DNA of 64,000 nucleotides, taken from contig CBDCEW010000078.1 of the NCBI GenBank assembly GCA_965215885.1, positions 17,759 to 81,758 on the forward strand. Direction: 5' to 3'. How positions within the stretch are numbered: position 1 is the stretch's first letter; every line of letters begins with the position of its first letter. This DNA comes from Candidatus Moanibacter sp. (GTDB lineage: Bacteria > Verrucomicrobiota > Verrucomicrobiia > Opitutales > UBA2987). The notes below the pieces were generated by a model. It saw only the letters and a program-made list of their open reading frames with translations. It made no database searches and was not told the origin of the DNA. Below, piece after piece: positions 27,772 to 37,506 of the stretch. The position numbers and the translations under genes are program-made.

Positions 27772-30450
27772 ATGAAACGCATCAAGATTAATATCCTGCA
27801 CGACAATAACGTTTCGGCACAAGGCTGTATCCTCACGAGAGGCATTCCCTTCGCCGACGGCGATTTGGAGCGCGGAGAGCAAGTAAGGGTCGTCGACGGA
27901 AACGGCAGTGAGCTGGATAGTCAATCCAGCTGCCTTGCAACCTGGGCAAAGGATGGGAAGTTTGTGAAGTGGCTGCTTGTTGATTTCCGGGTTGATCTGG
28001 AACCGGCCCAAAACAAAACCGTTTTTGTGGAATATGAGGATGTAAAATCGAAAGCTATCGAAAATCCGGTTAGGGCTAACGATCTCATCATAAACACCGG
28101 CGTTATCAAAGCGAAATTCCGGAACGACACGAATTTCATGCCCTGGCTTAAGGTGAAGACACAAGAAGGCTGGCAGGATATATTTCGTGGCAGGCCTGGA
28201 ATCCATTTGTATTTCAAAGATAACTACGGAACCGAATATACCAGCGACATCAGGCCTTCGTCCGTTACGATCGAAGAAGCGGGCCCTCTGCGTACGGTCG
28301 TCCGGGTAGACGGCGAGCACGCCACTCCCGACGGCAGGACGTTATGCCCCTATACCTTAAGGTTCCATTTTTACGCCAACGGCGGTGAGATTAGGCTCTT
28401 GCATAATTTCGTCTTTAACGGTGACCCGGAACTCCTCAAGGTTGCTGATATGTCCGTCAAGATCGGGCTTGATCTCGACGGTATCAACCTGTGCGAATTC
28501 GGTGGCGGCAACAGTTGCAGATTTTTTCAAGAAGCGGTTTTTTTGCAGGAAACCGATAAAAAGTACCGATTCCTTGTAGACGGTAAGAATCCCCGCACGG
28601 GCGACAAGACTCACGGTTATGTGAATATAACCGGAGGCGCTTCCTCTTTCGGCGCGGTTATAAGGAATATGTGGCAGGATTACGCGAAAGCATTCAAAGT
28701 TACACCGGAAGGCGCTGAGATAAAGATATGGCCCGAAGAATGCGGGAAACTCCTTGATTTCGATATTCCAAACAAAATCTATCCGCCCGATATAAAAACT
28801 CATTGGGCTGAGTTGGGCAAAATATTGGACGATCGTGACGAAGGAGCTTTCGTTCAATACTTAAAGAGTTATCCCCAGGAGCCGCTCTGTCTGAAACGCT
28901 GGAGATGGACCTCAAAGGAAGAACTGCTTTGGACCTTTGACATACTGGAAAGGCACGCCTCCGACAGATTTGTAAGCTTTAACGACCTTCATGCCGATGG
29001 GAATGGCCATGGCGCCTCGAAAACCACGGAGATTCTCCTGAAGGTCAGTAAGGATCCCCTCCACTGTATGGACGATAGAGCCTCGTTGCTACAGGACCCT
29101 CCAGTACCCATCACCGATGGATTGTACACCGCTTCGACCAAGGCTATACGTTCAACGGGAACATCCGCTTTTGAAGATAAGACGGATGATGTGAAAAAAA
29201 TAGAAAAGGAGCTTTACGAATATTTCTACCGGTTGGTTATCGAACCGCGGGTCAGACTGCAAAACTACGGCATGCTCGTATACGGTGATCTGATGTGCTG
29301 TCACTCGCAGATACCCGCAGATACCTGGCTACAGTTTAAAGACGATCAGGATTACGATATAAGAGAAATCATGCGTTTCTGCTCGAAATGCTACAACAAC
29401 GAAGCGAACGACCAGTTGTACTCAATCTGGGGATTCGCTCTGCACTTCGGCGAGAAAGAGCAGTACCTGAACAGCGAACTTTTTGGAATCAACCTGGCCG
29501 ATTTGGGTATTATCCATGCAGGCAAGGACCAAGGGCTTGTTCATTACCACGGCGACCACAAATTCAGCGCCCACGGCGCTATCTGCCATACCACCATGCC
29601 GGGGCTGCGCCTCCAGTATTACCTAACGGGAAACCGCCGCCTGTTCGACGTCATCGAAGAGAACAAGGATCATATCATGGGCAGGGTAAATCGCGCGGGC
29701 TTGATCGCCATGAAGGGCGGATTGATCCGTCAGTTGACGACACCGCTCTCGAACCTCTTGAGTTATTACGAGATGACCTGGGATGAAATAGCAGGCGAAG
29801 TTGCCCGGCGCACATTCAAGTGGCTCTGTCTGTCGATCCATAAGAATTGCATGATCCCTATTACGATACACAACGGCGGACGGTATGGTGATGATGCCTG
29901 GATCAGCACCGCATACGAAGATGCGCCCCATTTTTTTCAGCCGGGGGGACTTGTCCCGGAGCTTGGTCGTGATGCGGTAACGCTATTTGGCGACAGGGAA
30001 CCTGTATTTCGGAATTTCCTCATCGGTCTGGTGGAGGAATTTATGCAGGTCCGCCGGAAGTCGTTCTCAACATTCTCTTTTGAGGTCGGTGAGAATCGAG
30101 TCAAGATGCCGTCTCCCGGAGGCAGCGGAGAGCAATTATTTGCCTATGCCTATGAAATCACCGAAGAAATCCGTTACGCGGCGTATTCTCTCTTAATCCT
30201 CCGCAAGCTGTTCAGACCTTTCCCGGAACATTTCCAGTTCTTCCTGATAAGTTTTGGCGGATGGGTCCCCAAACTCATTCACGCCGTCAACTGTGCCAGC
30301 GAAAAGTACGGTAAAGACAAGCTCCTCAAGACGCTTGAAGACCTCGTCGAGGAGATAAACCGTCAGGGCCGGGATCAGGTGACGGATACAATCGACCGAG
30401 ACGCACAGCGCCTGAGACATCTGGGACGGATTACCGGGTATGATGAGTGA
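27772..30450 (+). CDS. PcRGLX/YetA-like (exo-rhamnogalacturonan lyase-like) large protein
   Basis: TRGIPF..Q..LATW.DG..KWLLVDF, IEEAGPLRTVVRVDG, YGMLVYGD, YYLTG. ORF track start is 27742. Confidence 0.7.
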   Translation: MKRIKINILHDNNVSAQGCILTRGIPFADGDLERGEQVRVVDGNGSELDSQSSCLATWAKDGKFVKWLLVDFRVDLEPAQNKTVFVEYEDVKSKAIENPVRANDLIINTGVIKAKFRNDTNFMPWLKVKTQEGWQDIFRGRPGIHLYFKDNYGTEYTSDIRPSSVTIEEAGPLRTVVRVDGEHATPDGRTLCPYTLRFHFYANGGEIRLLHNFVFNGDPELLKVADMSVKIGLDLDGINLCEFGGGNSCRFFQEAVFLQETDKKYRFLVDGKNPRTGDKTHGYVNITGGASSFGAVIRNMWQDYAKAFKVTPEGAEIKIWPEECGKLLDFDIPNKIYPPDIKTHWAELGKILDDRDEGAFVQYLKSYPQEPLCLKRWRWTSKEELLWTFDILERHASDRFVSFNDLHADGNGHGASKTTEILLKVSKDPLHCMDDRASLLQDPPVPITDGLYTASTKAIRSTGTSAFEDKTDDVKKIEKELYEYFYRLVIEPRVRLQNYGMLVYGDLMCCHSQIPADTWLQFKDDQDYDIREIMRFCSKCYNNEANDQLYSIWGFALHFGEKEQYLNSELFGINLADLGIIHAGKDQGLVHYHGDHKFSAHGAICHTTMPGLRLQYYLTGNRRLFDVIEENKDHIMGRVNRAGLIAMKGGLIRQLTTPLSNLLSYYEMTWDEIAGEVARRTFKWLCLSIHKNCMIPITIHNGGRYGDDAWISTAYEDAPHFFQPGGLVPELGRDAVTLFGDREPVFRNFLIGLVEEFMQVRRKSFSTFSFEVGENRVKMPSPGGSGEQLFAYAYEITEEIRYAAYSLLILRKLFRPFPEHFQFFLISFGGWVPKLIHAVNCASEKYGKDKLLKTLEDLVEEINRQGRDQVTDTIDRDAQRLRHLGRITGYDE

Positions 30451-30556
30451 ATGCATGAGTGGGAAATGCTCAAAGGAGCAGATATCGAGTCCATTCGGTG
30501 CTTGTAGTCTGTCCCGTCCGGGAAAAGGCTTCTCGGAGTGTTTCTGAGACCTTGAG

Positions 30557-32197
30557 ATGAATCGGCACTTCGTCATCCGGCGGGACGACTCGATGTACGA
30601 GGAATTCCCCGAGCTGTGCCTGCTGCCGTCGGGCAGGGTGTTGTGCGTCTACAAGGTGGGTCCCAAGCACGGGCCGGGCGGACTCGTGATCCTGATGGAA
30701 AGCGACGACCGCGGGCGCACCTGGAAGACCGTTCGCGAGATTCGTCTTGAGTGCAACATGCCCCGGTTGCAGCGGCTCAGCGACGGGCGGATGTGGCTGG
30801 ATTCCGACAGCGGCGGAAAGGTGTTGATCGGCGAGGACGACGGCCGTAGGTGGAAAGAGCACAACGTCGGCTTCGGCGGCCACGGGCACGATAAGATCAT
30901 CGAGCTGGCGAACGGGTCCTGGATCAACACCACGTGCGAGCCGACCAACCGCGGGTGGCATTTTCGCGGCCCACCTTACCGCATCGTGCTGTATCGCAGC
31001 ACCGACCAGGGTCAAACCTGGACACGTGACGCAATCGTGGCCGACGTGCCGGGGTTTCACCTCTCCGAGGCGACCACGGTGCTGCTGGCGGACGGGAAGC
31101 TGGTGTCTTACATCCGCGAGAGTTCAGGCCTGGCCCATGGGTGCGTACGGGCGGTCAGCGCGGACAACGGGCGGACGTGGGAGGTGGACCGCGCGCCGTT
31201 CAACTTCGCCATGCCGCGGGGTGGGCTGTTGAAGGACGGGCGAGTGCTGGTGGGCGGGCGGAACTTCGCCGCCAACATGTCGCTGTATGCCTGGTGCGAC
31301 CGGCCGCTGGCGGCCGACGGATTCAAGGTCCAAAGCCTGTGGGCGCCGGACGACTCCGCCGAGATGACCGACGAGGGCCTGCGCATCCGCTGCACCGACG
31401 CCGAACCCACCGGCGCCGCCGCAAGCAGGACGATGACAGCGCGGAAGGTGGATAGCAAGTTCGGGCCGGACTGGGAAGGCCTGACCACCTCGGGTATCGA
31501 GCCGCCGGCCTACATCCTGCCCGCCCCACGGCGCCGCGACAGCAAGGTCACCATCGACGCCCGCCTGCGTGTGCTGAGTAACAAAAACGGCTTGGCCTGC
31601 GTCATCAGCATCACCGAGGCCGAGGAAGTGCTCTTCCGGACGGACCGGGTGGAAGTGTTCGGCCAACCGGACCATGCCTTCAAGCTGGACGGCACGAAGT
31701 TCCACGACTATCGCGTGGTGCGGGACGCGGACTCGCTGACGGTGTTGGTGGACGGCAGGGAGCGGATTCGCACGACGAAGCTGGGCCGCTCGCGAGGCGT
31801 GGGATACGGCGGGGACACGACCCACTTCGGCACGAGTTACCGGGCCTTCCGCCACCCGTTCGGGTCGCAGGATCACTTCCGCCGCCGGAAGGTGGTGGGC
31901 GCGGGCGAGAGCGTGTGGCAGCGGGTGAAGATCTCCGTCGAGAATCCCAACACCTGCGGCGACACCTGGAGCTGGGACGCGGCCGATGGAGCTTACCCCG
32001 ACCAGTACCAACGCGACCGGATGGTGGAGGTGAAATTCCAGCCGCTACCCAACGGGCAGGGCGGCCCGAGCTGGGTGCAGTTCCCCGACGGCGAGATCCT
32101 GGTAGTGCACAACGGCGCTATGGCCGAGGAGGCGCCCCGGCCCTTCCTCATGGGCTGCACCCTCAAACCGTCCATCTTCGGCGCACCCGCGGGTTAA
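30557..32197 (+). CDS. BNR-repeat sialidase-family protein
   Basis: SDDRGRTW, STDQGQTW, SADNGRTW Asp-boxes and PSWVQFPDGEI. Confidence 0.8.
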   Translation: MNRHFVIRRDDSMYEEFPELCLLPSGRVLCVYKVGPKHGPGGLVILMESDDRGRTWKTVREIRLECNMPRLQRLSDGRMWLDSDSGGKVLIGEDDGRRWKEHNVGFGGHGHDKIIELANGSWINTTCEPTNRGWHFRGPPYRIVLYRSTDQGQTWTRDAIVADVPGFHLSEATTVLLADGKLVSYIRESSGLAHGCVRAVSADNGRTWEVDRAPFNFAMPRGGLLKDGRVLVGGRNFAANMSLYAWCDRPLAADGFKVQSLWAPDDSAEMTDEGLRIRCTDAEPTGAAASRTMTARKVDSKFGPDWEGLTTSGIEPPAYILPAPRRRDSKVTIDARLRVLSNKNGLACVISITEAEEVLFRTDRVEVFGQPDHAFKLDGTKFHDYRVVRDADSLTVLVDGRERIRTTKLGRSRGVGYGGDTTHFGTSYRAFRHPFGSQDHFRRRKVVGAGESVWQRVKISVENPNTCGDTWSWDAADGAYPDQYQRDRMVEVKFQPLPNGQGGPSWVQFPDGEILVVHNGAMAEEAPRPFLMGCTLKPSIFGAPAG

Positions 32198-32300
32198 CGC
32201 AGGTTCGTCAGGTTTGAGAACAAGGGTTAGCAGTGATGCGGATTGGCGGTCAACCGCTCGCACCCCGCCTGCGCGCGGGACCGGCTCAGCATCGCCCTCG

Positions 32301-33761
32301 CTACCGGGACTGGTAGTCAGGCGTAACCCCGTACCTGCGGCCGTTCCGCATATCGTGGAGCCGCACCAACGCGTGCGCGATTCTCGCCGGGTCCATCTGT
32401 GTGTCGTACCAGTAGATCCCGGAGGCGGCAACGAGCCAGTCGTTGAAGAACATCTGCTCGGCGATCGCCGTTTCCAGCCGGACCGCCAATTCCTCTGCGC
32501 GTGCGCCGTCGGCCGATGCTTCGGCCTGGTCCCACACTTCGAGCGCCAGGTTGAGCGCCAAACCGAAGTCCTTGGCCGGAACCGAGCCGCAATAGTCGTG
32601 CCGGCGCGAAGGATTCGGCGTCGGCGGCGGGCCCTGCTCGCTCAGTGCGTCTATGACGCGGACCGAAAAGGACAGCAGCCCCTCTCGTCCGGTGTATCGG
32701 TACAGTCCCATCAGCATCACAGCGAACTCGGTGAGCGACTGCACGCCGTAGGACGTGTACCAGAGCGGGAGGATGCGCTGCTCGTCGACCCCTTGCCCCG
32801 TTTCGAAGTCGTAGTGGCAGTAAGTTCGGTGCGGATCGCTTGCCGCCAGCACGCCGAGGGCGGAGTCCACCACATCCTCACCAAATCGCTTCCATGAAGA
32901 TGCTCGAACACTGTCGAGGGCCTGGTCACTATCGAGCGCTTCCAGGACTTCGTAGACCGCCAGCGCAAGGCTCACAGACTGCGGCAGCGTCGCCACCATC
33001 TGCCCGCCCCAGGATTCGCTTAGCCCGTCCATCTTGATGAGGCCGTTCACGGTCGATCGATTGCCGGCGTGGAACTGTACCATCCGATCCATCCAATCGA
33101 AAAACTTGCCTTCGCCGCTGTACTTGTGCGCCATTGCCCAATCGACGAGGTAGAAACCTCCGTGACGCGGGAAGTGAAAAAGCCCGTCCGAGTGCTTCTT
33201 CTCTTCGATCGAGGCGTGCCGCGAGTAATCGAAGCTCTCCATGTCTTTGAGGTGACCGGTGAGTCCCTCGCCGAAGCGAACGACAATTCCGGGATCGCGG
33301 TTTCCGACCATCCGCCAGAACCATACGGGCGCCTGTCTGAGATGGTCGTGGACGAGCCGCCGCTCCACGAGCGAATCGCCGCACGCAACCGGCTTGTCGT
33401 AGTAGTGGTGCCAATAAGCGTGCTCTCCCCAGGGGAAGAGCCCGGTCACCGGATTGGGGCAGTGCTCGCAGAAATAGTCCAGATACGCGTCGACGGCGGA
33501 TCTGTAGGAGTCCTCGCCGGTGATGTCGGACAGAAAGGTGAACGCCCTGATCAACGGAATGTCGTGCATCAAATTGGTTCCGAACCAGCATCGGTCTCCC
33601 ACCCGCTGGCCGGGCAGATCGGGCGTGCGCGTGAAAGGTGCACCGTCCTCGCGCCCGTTGATGACGGTGGCGAACATCGGCGAATGCTGCTCCCCGTACC
33701 GATCGGTACCGAAACGAACCATCTTGTCTGCGAATTGCTTGAGCCGTTCCAAAGAGTTCAT
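32301..33761 (-). CDS. Hypothetical alpha-toroid protein, polysaccharide lyase family 2-like
   Basis: DRYGEQHSPMF, NLMHD..LS.ITG..Y, TGLFPWGEH motifs. Confidence 0.5.
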   Translation of the reverse strand: MNSLERLKQFADKMVRFGTDRYGEQHSPMFATVINGREDGAPFTRTPDLPGQRVGDRCWFGTNLMHDIPLIRAFTFLSDITGEDSYRSAVDAYLDYFCEHCPNPVTGLFPWGEHAYWHHYYDKPVACGDSLVERRLVHDHLRQAPVWFWRMVGNRDPGIVVRFGEGLTGHLKDMESFDYSRHASIEEKKHSDGLFHFPRHGGFYLVDWAMAHKYSGEGKFFDWMDRMVQFHAGNRSTVNGLIKMDGLSESWGGQMVATLPQSVSLALAVYEVLEALDSDQALDSVRASSWKRFGEDVVDSALGVLAASDPHRTYCHYDFETGQGVDEQRILPLWYTSYGVQSLTEFAVMLMGLYRYTGREGLLSFSVRVIDALSEQGPPPTPNPSRRHDYCGSVPAKDFGLALNLALEVWDQAEASADGARAEELAVRLETAIAEQMFFNDWLVAASGIYWYDTQMDPARIAHALVRLHDMRNGRRYGVTPDYQSR

Positions 33762-33803
33762 GTTCCGACTAGCCTGGAAATCCCTTGAGATTTCCAGGCT
33801 AGT

Positions 33804-35645
33804 TCAACTCTCTCCCCCGCATGCATATACATCCATATGCGCATAGGCGATGGCGCCGCCCGCCAAGGGGGGGCCGGCGGGCATGACAAGCTCTCCTCGA
33901 GGCAACATGTGCAGGCACGGCTGGCTCGTGAATAGAATCGGCAGAACGTCCACGAGCACTCCCCGGTCGTCGAAGATCTGCGAATTCGGTCTCACCGGGT
34001 AACGGGCAAGATTTGACTGGATAAGGACCTGCGTGCGCTCGTTCGGGAGCCAGTTGACGATATTCATGGGATGCATGCTCGAGAACCTGCGTTGCCATAT
34101 TACCCCACCCTGTCCGTCGCGGCATTCAAACAGCGTGCCGTGCATCATACTGCCCGAACTGCGGTACTCACGGTCGCCGAACACGATCTGATTGCCGGGC
34201 AGATCCTCGACCAAATTGCCCACGAAGGCCTGTTGTCCGTGCCAGGTGGGGATGATCCACTTGCGCCTGCCGGTCCGTCCATCCACGACGACGCGACAGG
34301 AATAGACCACGTCAGCTTCTCCACGGCCGTCGATATCGGAGATCCGGGCTTCATCAATATGGTCATCCTCCCAGGGCGCGTGATAGTCGGCACAGTCGTT
34401 TATCCACAGCACATCTCCGTTATGATCCAATAATGTCGTGCCGAAGGCTACTTCGTCCAGACCGTCGTTGTCGACGTCACCCACATCGGCCTGGTGCCCA
34501 CAGCGACCTGTGACATCATGGTAAGTCCACAACACTTCGAGTTCATCGGTGAGAGCAGCAAAGGCACAACAGTTCTGCTCGCCGATCTTCACGAGGATAT
34601 CCCGTCCGCGGCCAAGACCGCGAAAGTTCGCCGGGCGCAGATAAGAGGGGATTCGGCCGGTGCTGGAAACCCTCACAAGTTCCTGCCGGGTCAGTTCATC
34701 GACTTCGACGGGGGTGTAGGTGCGGTTCTCCCGCAGCAGCGCCGCGCATTTCCTGTGTTCCTGCGCTCGCGCTTCGTCGGCGGGGCTTTTCACCTTTTGC
34801 CTCAACGTGGGATAACGTTCGAACGTCTCGGAGTGATCTCCTTCCATCAGCCCGGTTTTCGCCATGTCCAGTTTTTCATTGATGACCGGATAGGGAATTT
34901 CCCGCAGTACCGCGCCGGTTATCCCGTCAACCACGCAGAGCCGAAGGCCGGGCGGAGTTCCGCGGTAACAGAGAATTTCATCCTTTCCATCACCGTTGAC
35001 GTCCCAAACGTTTGTCGTACTGCCCTGCCGCCGGAACGGCGTATCCGCGTCGTTGTATTCCCAGAGGTTTTCTCCGTCGCCCCTGTAGACGGAGAGATGC
35101 GACGCTCCTTTTTCGTTGACGTACTCGTATTGCCCGTCGCCGTCGAAATCACCGGCGAGCGCGTTGCCGGCCACCCGGAGCGCCTCGGCTTTTTCCTCCG
35201 AGAGGGTGATCCGGTATTTCAGCCTGGACCACGAACCTTTCTTGAACGCTAAGGAATCCTGGAAGCAGGTCCTGCCGTGTTCATCCAGTAGTCTCGCCTC
35301 CGCTTTATACAGACCTTCCTGCAAGTGGCTGATAGAATAAACGAAGGGATACTCATTATCGCACAAGTAGCGTTCGTTATAGAATGTCCGGTGATCGAGG
35401 CACCGTCCCGGAAGGTACTCTTCGTGGTAAGTGTCCACAGTCTCCCCTGTGTCCTCACGGATGATTTCAGCCCGGACCTCTCGGTATGGCCTGAACTCGT
35501 CAGGAAACAACACGTGGAACGCGAGGCCCCACTCTACGGCGTCTCCGGGAACGTCAGGCCGTGTTGTACATACTCCGACGATGCGCAGGAAAGGTTCCTC
35601 GACGTGCGGCGGCAGATTAGATTCGGTTTTGCTTGTTGAGCTCAT
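33804..35645 (-). CDS. FG-GAP/RG-lyase 11-like propeller protein (paralog of 1125-2900)
   Basis: GDFDGDG, WDVNGDGKDE, ANFRGLGRGRDI, GHQADVGDVDNDGLDE..DDHIDE. Confidence 0.6.
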   Translation of the reverse strand: MSSTSKTESNLPPHVEEPFLRIVGVCTTRPDVPGDAVEWGLAFHVLFPDEFRPYREVRAEIIREDTGETVDTYHEEYLPGRCLDHRTFYNERYLCDNEYPFVYSISHLQEGLYKAEARLLDEHGRTCFQDSLAFKKGSWSRLKYRITLSEEKAEALRVAGNALAGDFDGDGQYEYVNEKGASHLSVYRGDGENLWEYNDADTPFRRQGSTTNVWDVNGDGKDEILCYRGTPPGLRLCVVDGITGAVLREIPYPVINEKLDMAKTGLMEGDHSETFERYPTLRQKVKSPADEARAQEHRKCAALLRENRTYTPVEVDELTRQELVRVSSTGRIPSYLRPANFRGLGRGRDILVKIGEQNCCAFAALTDELEVLWTYHDVTGRCGHQADVGDVDNDGLDEVAFGTTLLDHNGDVLWINDCADYHAPWEDDHIDEARISDIDGRGEADVVYSCRVVVDGRTGRRKWIIPTWHGQQAFVGNLVEDLPGNQIVFGDREYRSSGSMMHGTLFECRDGQGGVIWQRRFSSMHPMNIVNWLPNERTQVLIQSNLARYPVRPNSQIFDDRGVLVDVLPILFTSQPCLHMLPRGELVMPAGPPLAGGAIAYAHMDVYACGGES

Positions 35646-35754
35646 TTACTTACTTCCGGGTAATCATATTGCGAGCCGATCGATATTCGTTCATTTTCGA
35701 GCGAGACGCATGAACCAGAATGGCTCTGATTTAAGCGACTGAGTTGAAGTTATA

Positions 35755-35837
35755 ATCGCGGGATAAACCCGCTCCTACAATCGAAATTTTCAATCGCACA
35801 CCCGCCAGGGGTGTAGGAGCGGGTTTATCCCGCGATC
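35755..35837. repeat. REPIN 4 (overlaps the 3' end of the upstream minus-strand gene)
   Basis: ATCGCGGGATAAACCCGCTCCTACA ... TGTAGGAGCGGGTTTATCCCGCGATC. Confidence 0.9.
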
Positions 35838-37468
35838 GAATCCGTCTCGCTCAGCTTGAAACGCACCGACACGATCGAAGCCTGGTGCCCCGTCTCGATG
35901 ATGGCGTAGGTGGTTGCCACGAAGGTTCCGTCCGGCAGGAGCTCCAGGCCGGGATACCCCGTGCATCCGGGGCAGGCATACCTGCCGGTGTCGATGAGCC
36001 GCAACCGATACTGCCCCTCCCGCTTTTCCACCAGGTCCTCGTAGGTACCGACCCAGCCCACGAAATCCGGGTGGGTCCTGCTGCACATACCGGTGTCTCT
36101 GAACACCATCACGATTCGCCCATCCGCGGCGTAGCGGGCGAGATGCCGGTCGCCATTCATACTGCCCGGCAGCTCCTCGGGTCGGCTCCATGTCTCTCCC
36201 TCGTCGTCGCTGAACATGACGCAGGAGTTATACCACCTGCCGTTCTCCCGCATGACCGCCGCGAGCTGTTTCCCGTCAGGGGATCTGATGATCGCGGGCT
36301 CGCACAGGAACGCGTCGCGCTTCTCGGCAATCTTGCGCTGGGGCGACCACGTGAGCCCACCGTCGGAGGAGATGCTCATGCAGATGCGCCGCGGTTCGTG
36401 GAAGAGAGAAATGTGCCGCCCGTCGGAGATCGGCTCGATTGTAATGGGTGCCACCGTGCAGGTGAGTCCGTTCGGCTCCATGCCGCTCCACGTGACGCCG
36501 CCGTCCTCGGACACGGCCTGCATCATGGCCCCGTGTCCGCCTTGAACGATGAGCCGCTCGACGCCGCCGGGATCGGTAAGACGGTGAATCGTCGGGCAGT
36601 TCTCCACTGACGACCAGTTCTCCGGTGTCTGCACCCACTGCCAACTCAGGCCGCCGTCATCGCTTCGTTTCATCGGACCCAGCGCGCCACCGTGCTCGTG
36701 AGTCCACGCGCACAGCATTGTCTTCCCGTCTCCCATGAGGACCGTGGAGGGGTGCTGATAGTTGACCGTCTCGCTCCCAGGGGCCACAACCACCTGTCGT
36801 TCCGCCCCCCCCGTGATGTCGGCAATGGGAATCGTGAAGCCCACCGGCTGGGAACGCTGCCAGTCGAGCGTGTAGTTGGCGCCTTCTCCGCTGAACTCGA
36901 GAAGATGTATCACTCCCTGCCCGGAGGTGAAGCCGACCTTTCCGAACACCTCCTCAGTGTATGTTGTTTCGTGGACGACGCGCCCGTCGAAAACAAACCG
37001 CAGCCGGTCACCGGACCGGACCACCTCGAATACGAACGGTCTCTCCGCCGTGTACCAATTCTTCGCCGCGTCAAGCAGCTCGAGGCCCCCGAAGACCGGT
37101 CCGTCGACGTAGAGATTTCCCTCGTGGCCGAAGCCGAATCTGCTGTGTCTGCGCACCTCCGGCGGCAGGAAGCCGCTTACTCTGAGTTCTCCCTCCCCCC
37201 GCTCCCACGCCTCGCCGCCGGAAAAACAGAAAGCGGCGTTGCTGGCCGTCTCACCGGGCATCCGCTCCCTCGCGGCTTTATGGAGAGAGAGGCGCGCGAA
37301 AATGCGAAAGTCCCCGGCACCGATTCCCCGGTCACCGTAGACGAAGTCGCGGCCCGGCCCCATGTAGATATGGCCCGGGCGGCAATGCAGTTCGTGGCCG
37401 GCGAGCCTGGCGCACGCCGGCCGGCCTGAATGGACGAAGGTTATTTGTTTCACTCTCTTGTTCCTCAA
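35825..37468 (-). CDS. BNR-repeat sialidase-like protein (paralog of 21346-23064)
   Basis: QHPSTVLM, SDDGGLSW, GYPGLELLPDGTFVATTY. Confidence 0.85.
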   Translation of the reverse strand: MRNKRVKQITFVHSGRPACARLAGHELHCRPGHIYMGPGRDFVYGDRGIGAGDFRIFARLSLHKAARERMPGETASNAAFCFSGGEAWERGEGELRVSGFLPPEVRRHSRFGFGHEGNLYVDGPVFGGLELLDAAKNWYTAERPFVFEVVRSGDRLRFVFDGRVVHETTYTEEVFGKVGFTSGQGVIHLLEFSGEGANYTLDWQRSQPVGFTIPIADITGGAERQVVVAPGSETVNYQHPSTVLMGDGKTMLCAWTHEHGGALGPMKRSDDGGLSWQWVQTPENWSSVENCPTIHRLTDPGGVERLIVQGGHGAMMQAVSEDGGVTWSGMEPNGLTCTVAPITIEPISDGRHISLFHEPRRICMSISSDGGLTWSPQRKIAEKRDAFLCEPAIIRSPDGKQLAAVMRENGRWYNSCVMFSDDEGETWSRPEELPGSMNGDRHLARYAADGRIVMVFRDTGMCSRTHPDFVGWVGTYEDLVEKREGQYRLRLIDTGRYACPGCTGYPGLELLPDGTFVATTYAIIETGHQASIVSVRFKLSETDSIAG

Positions 37469-37506
37469 CCGTTATAGTAGCCAACACGCTAAACACCTAC
37501 CTCGAC

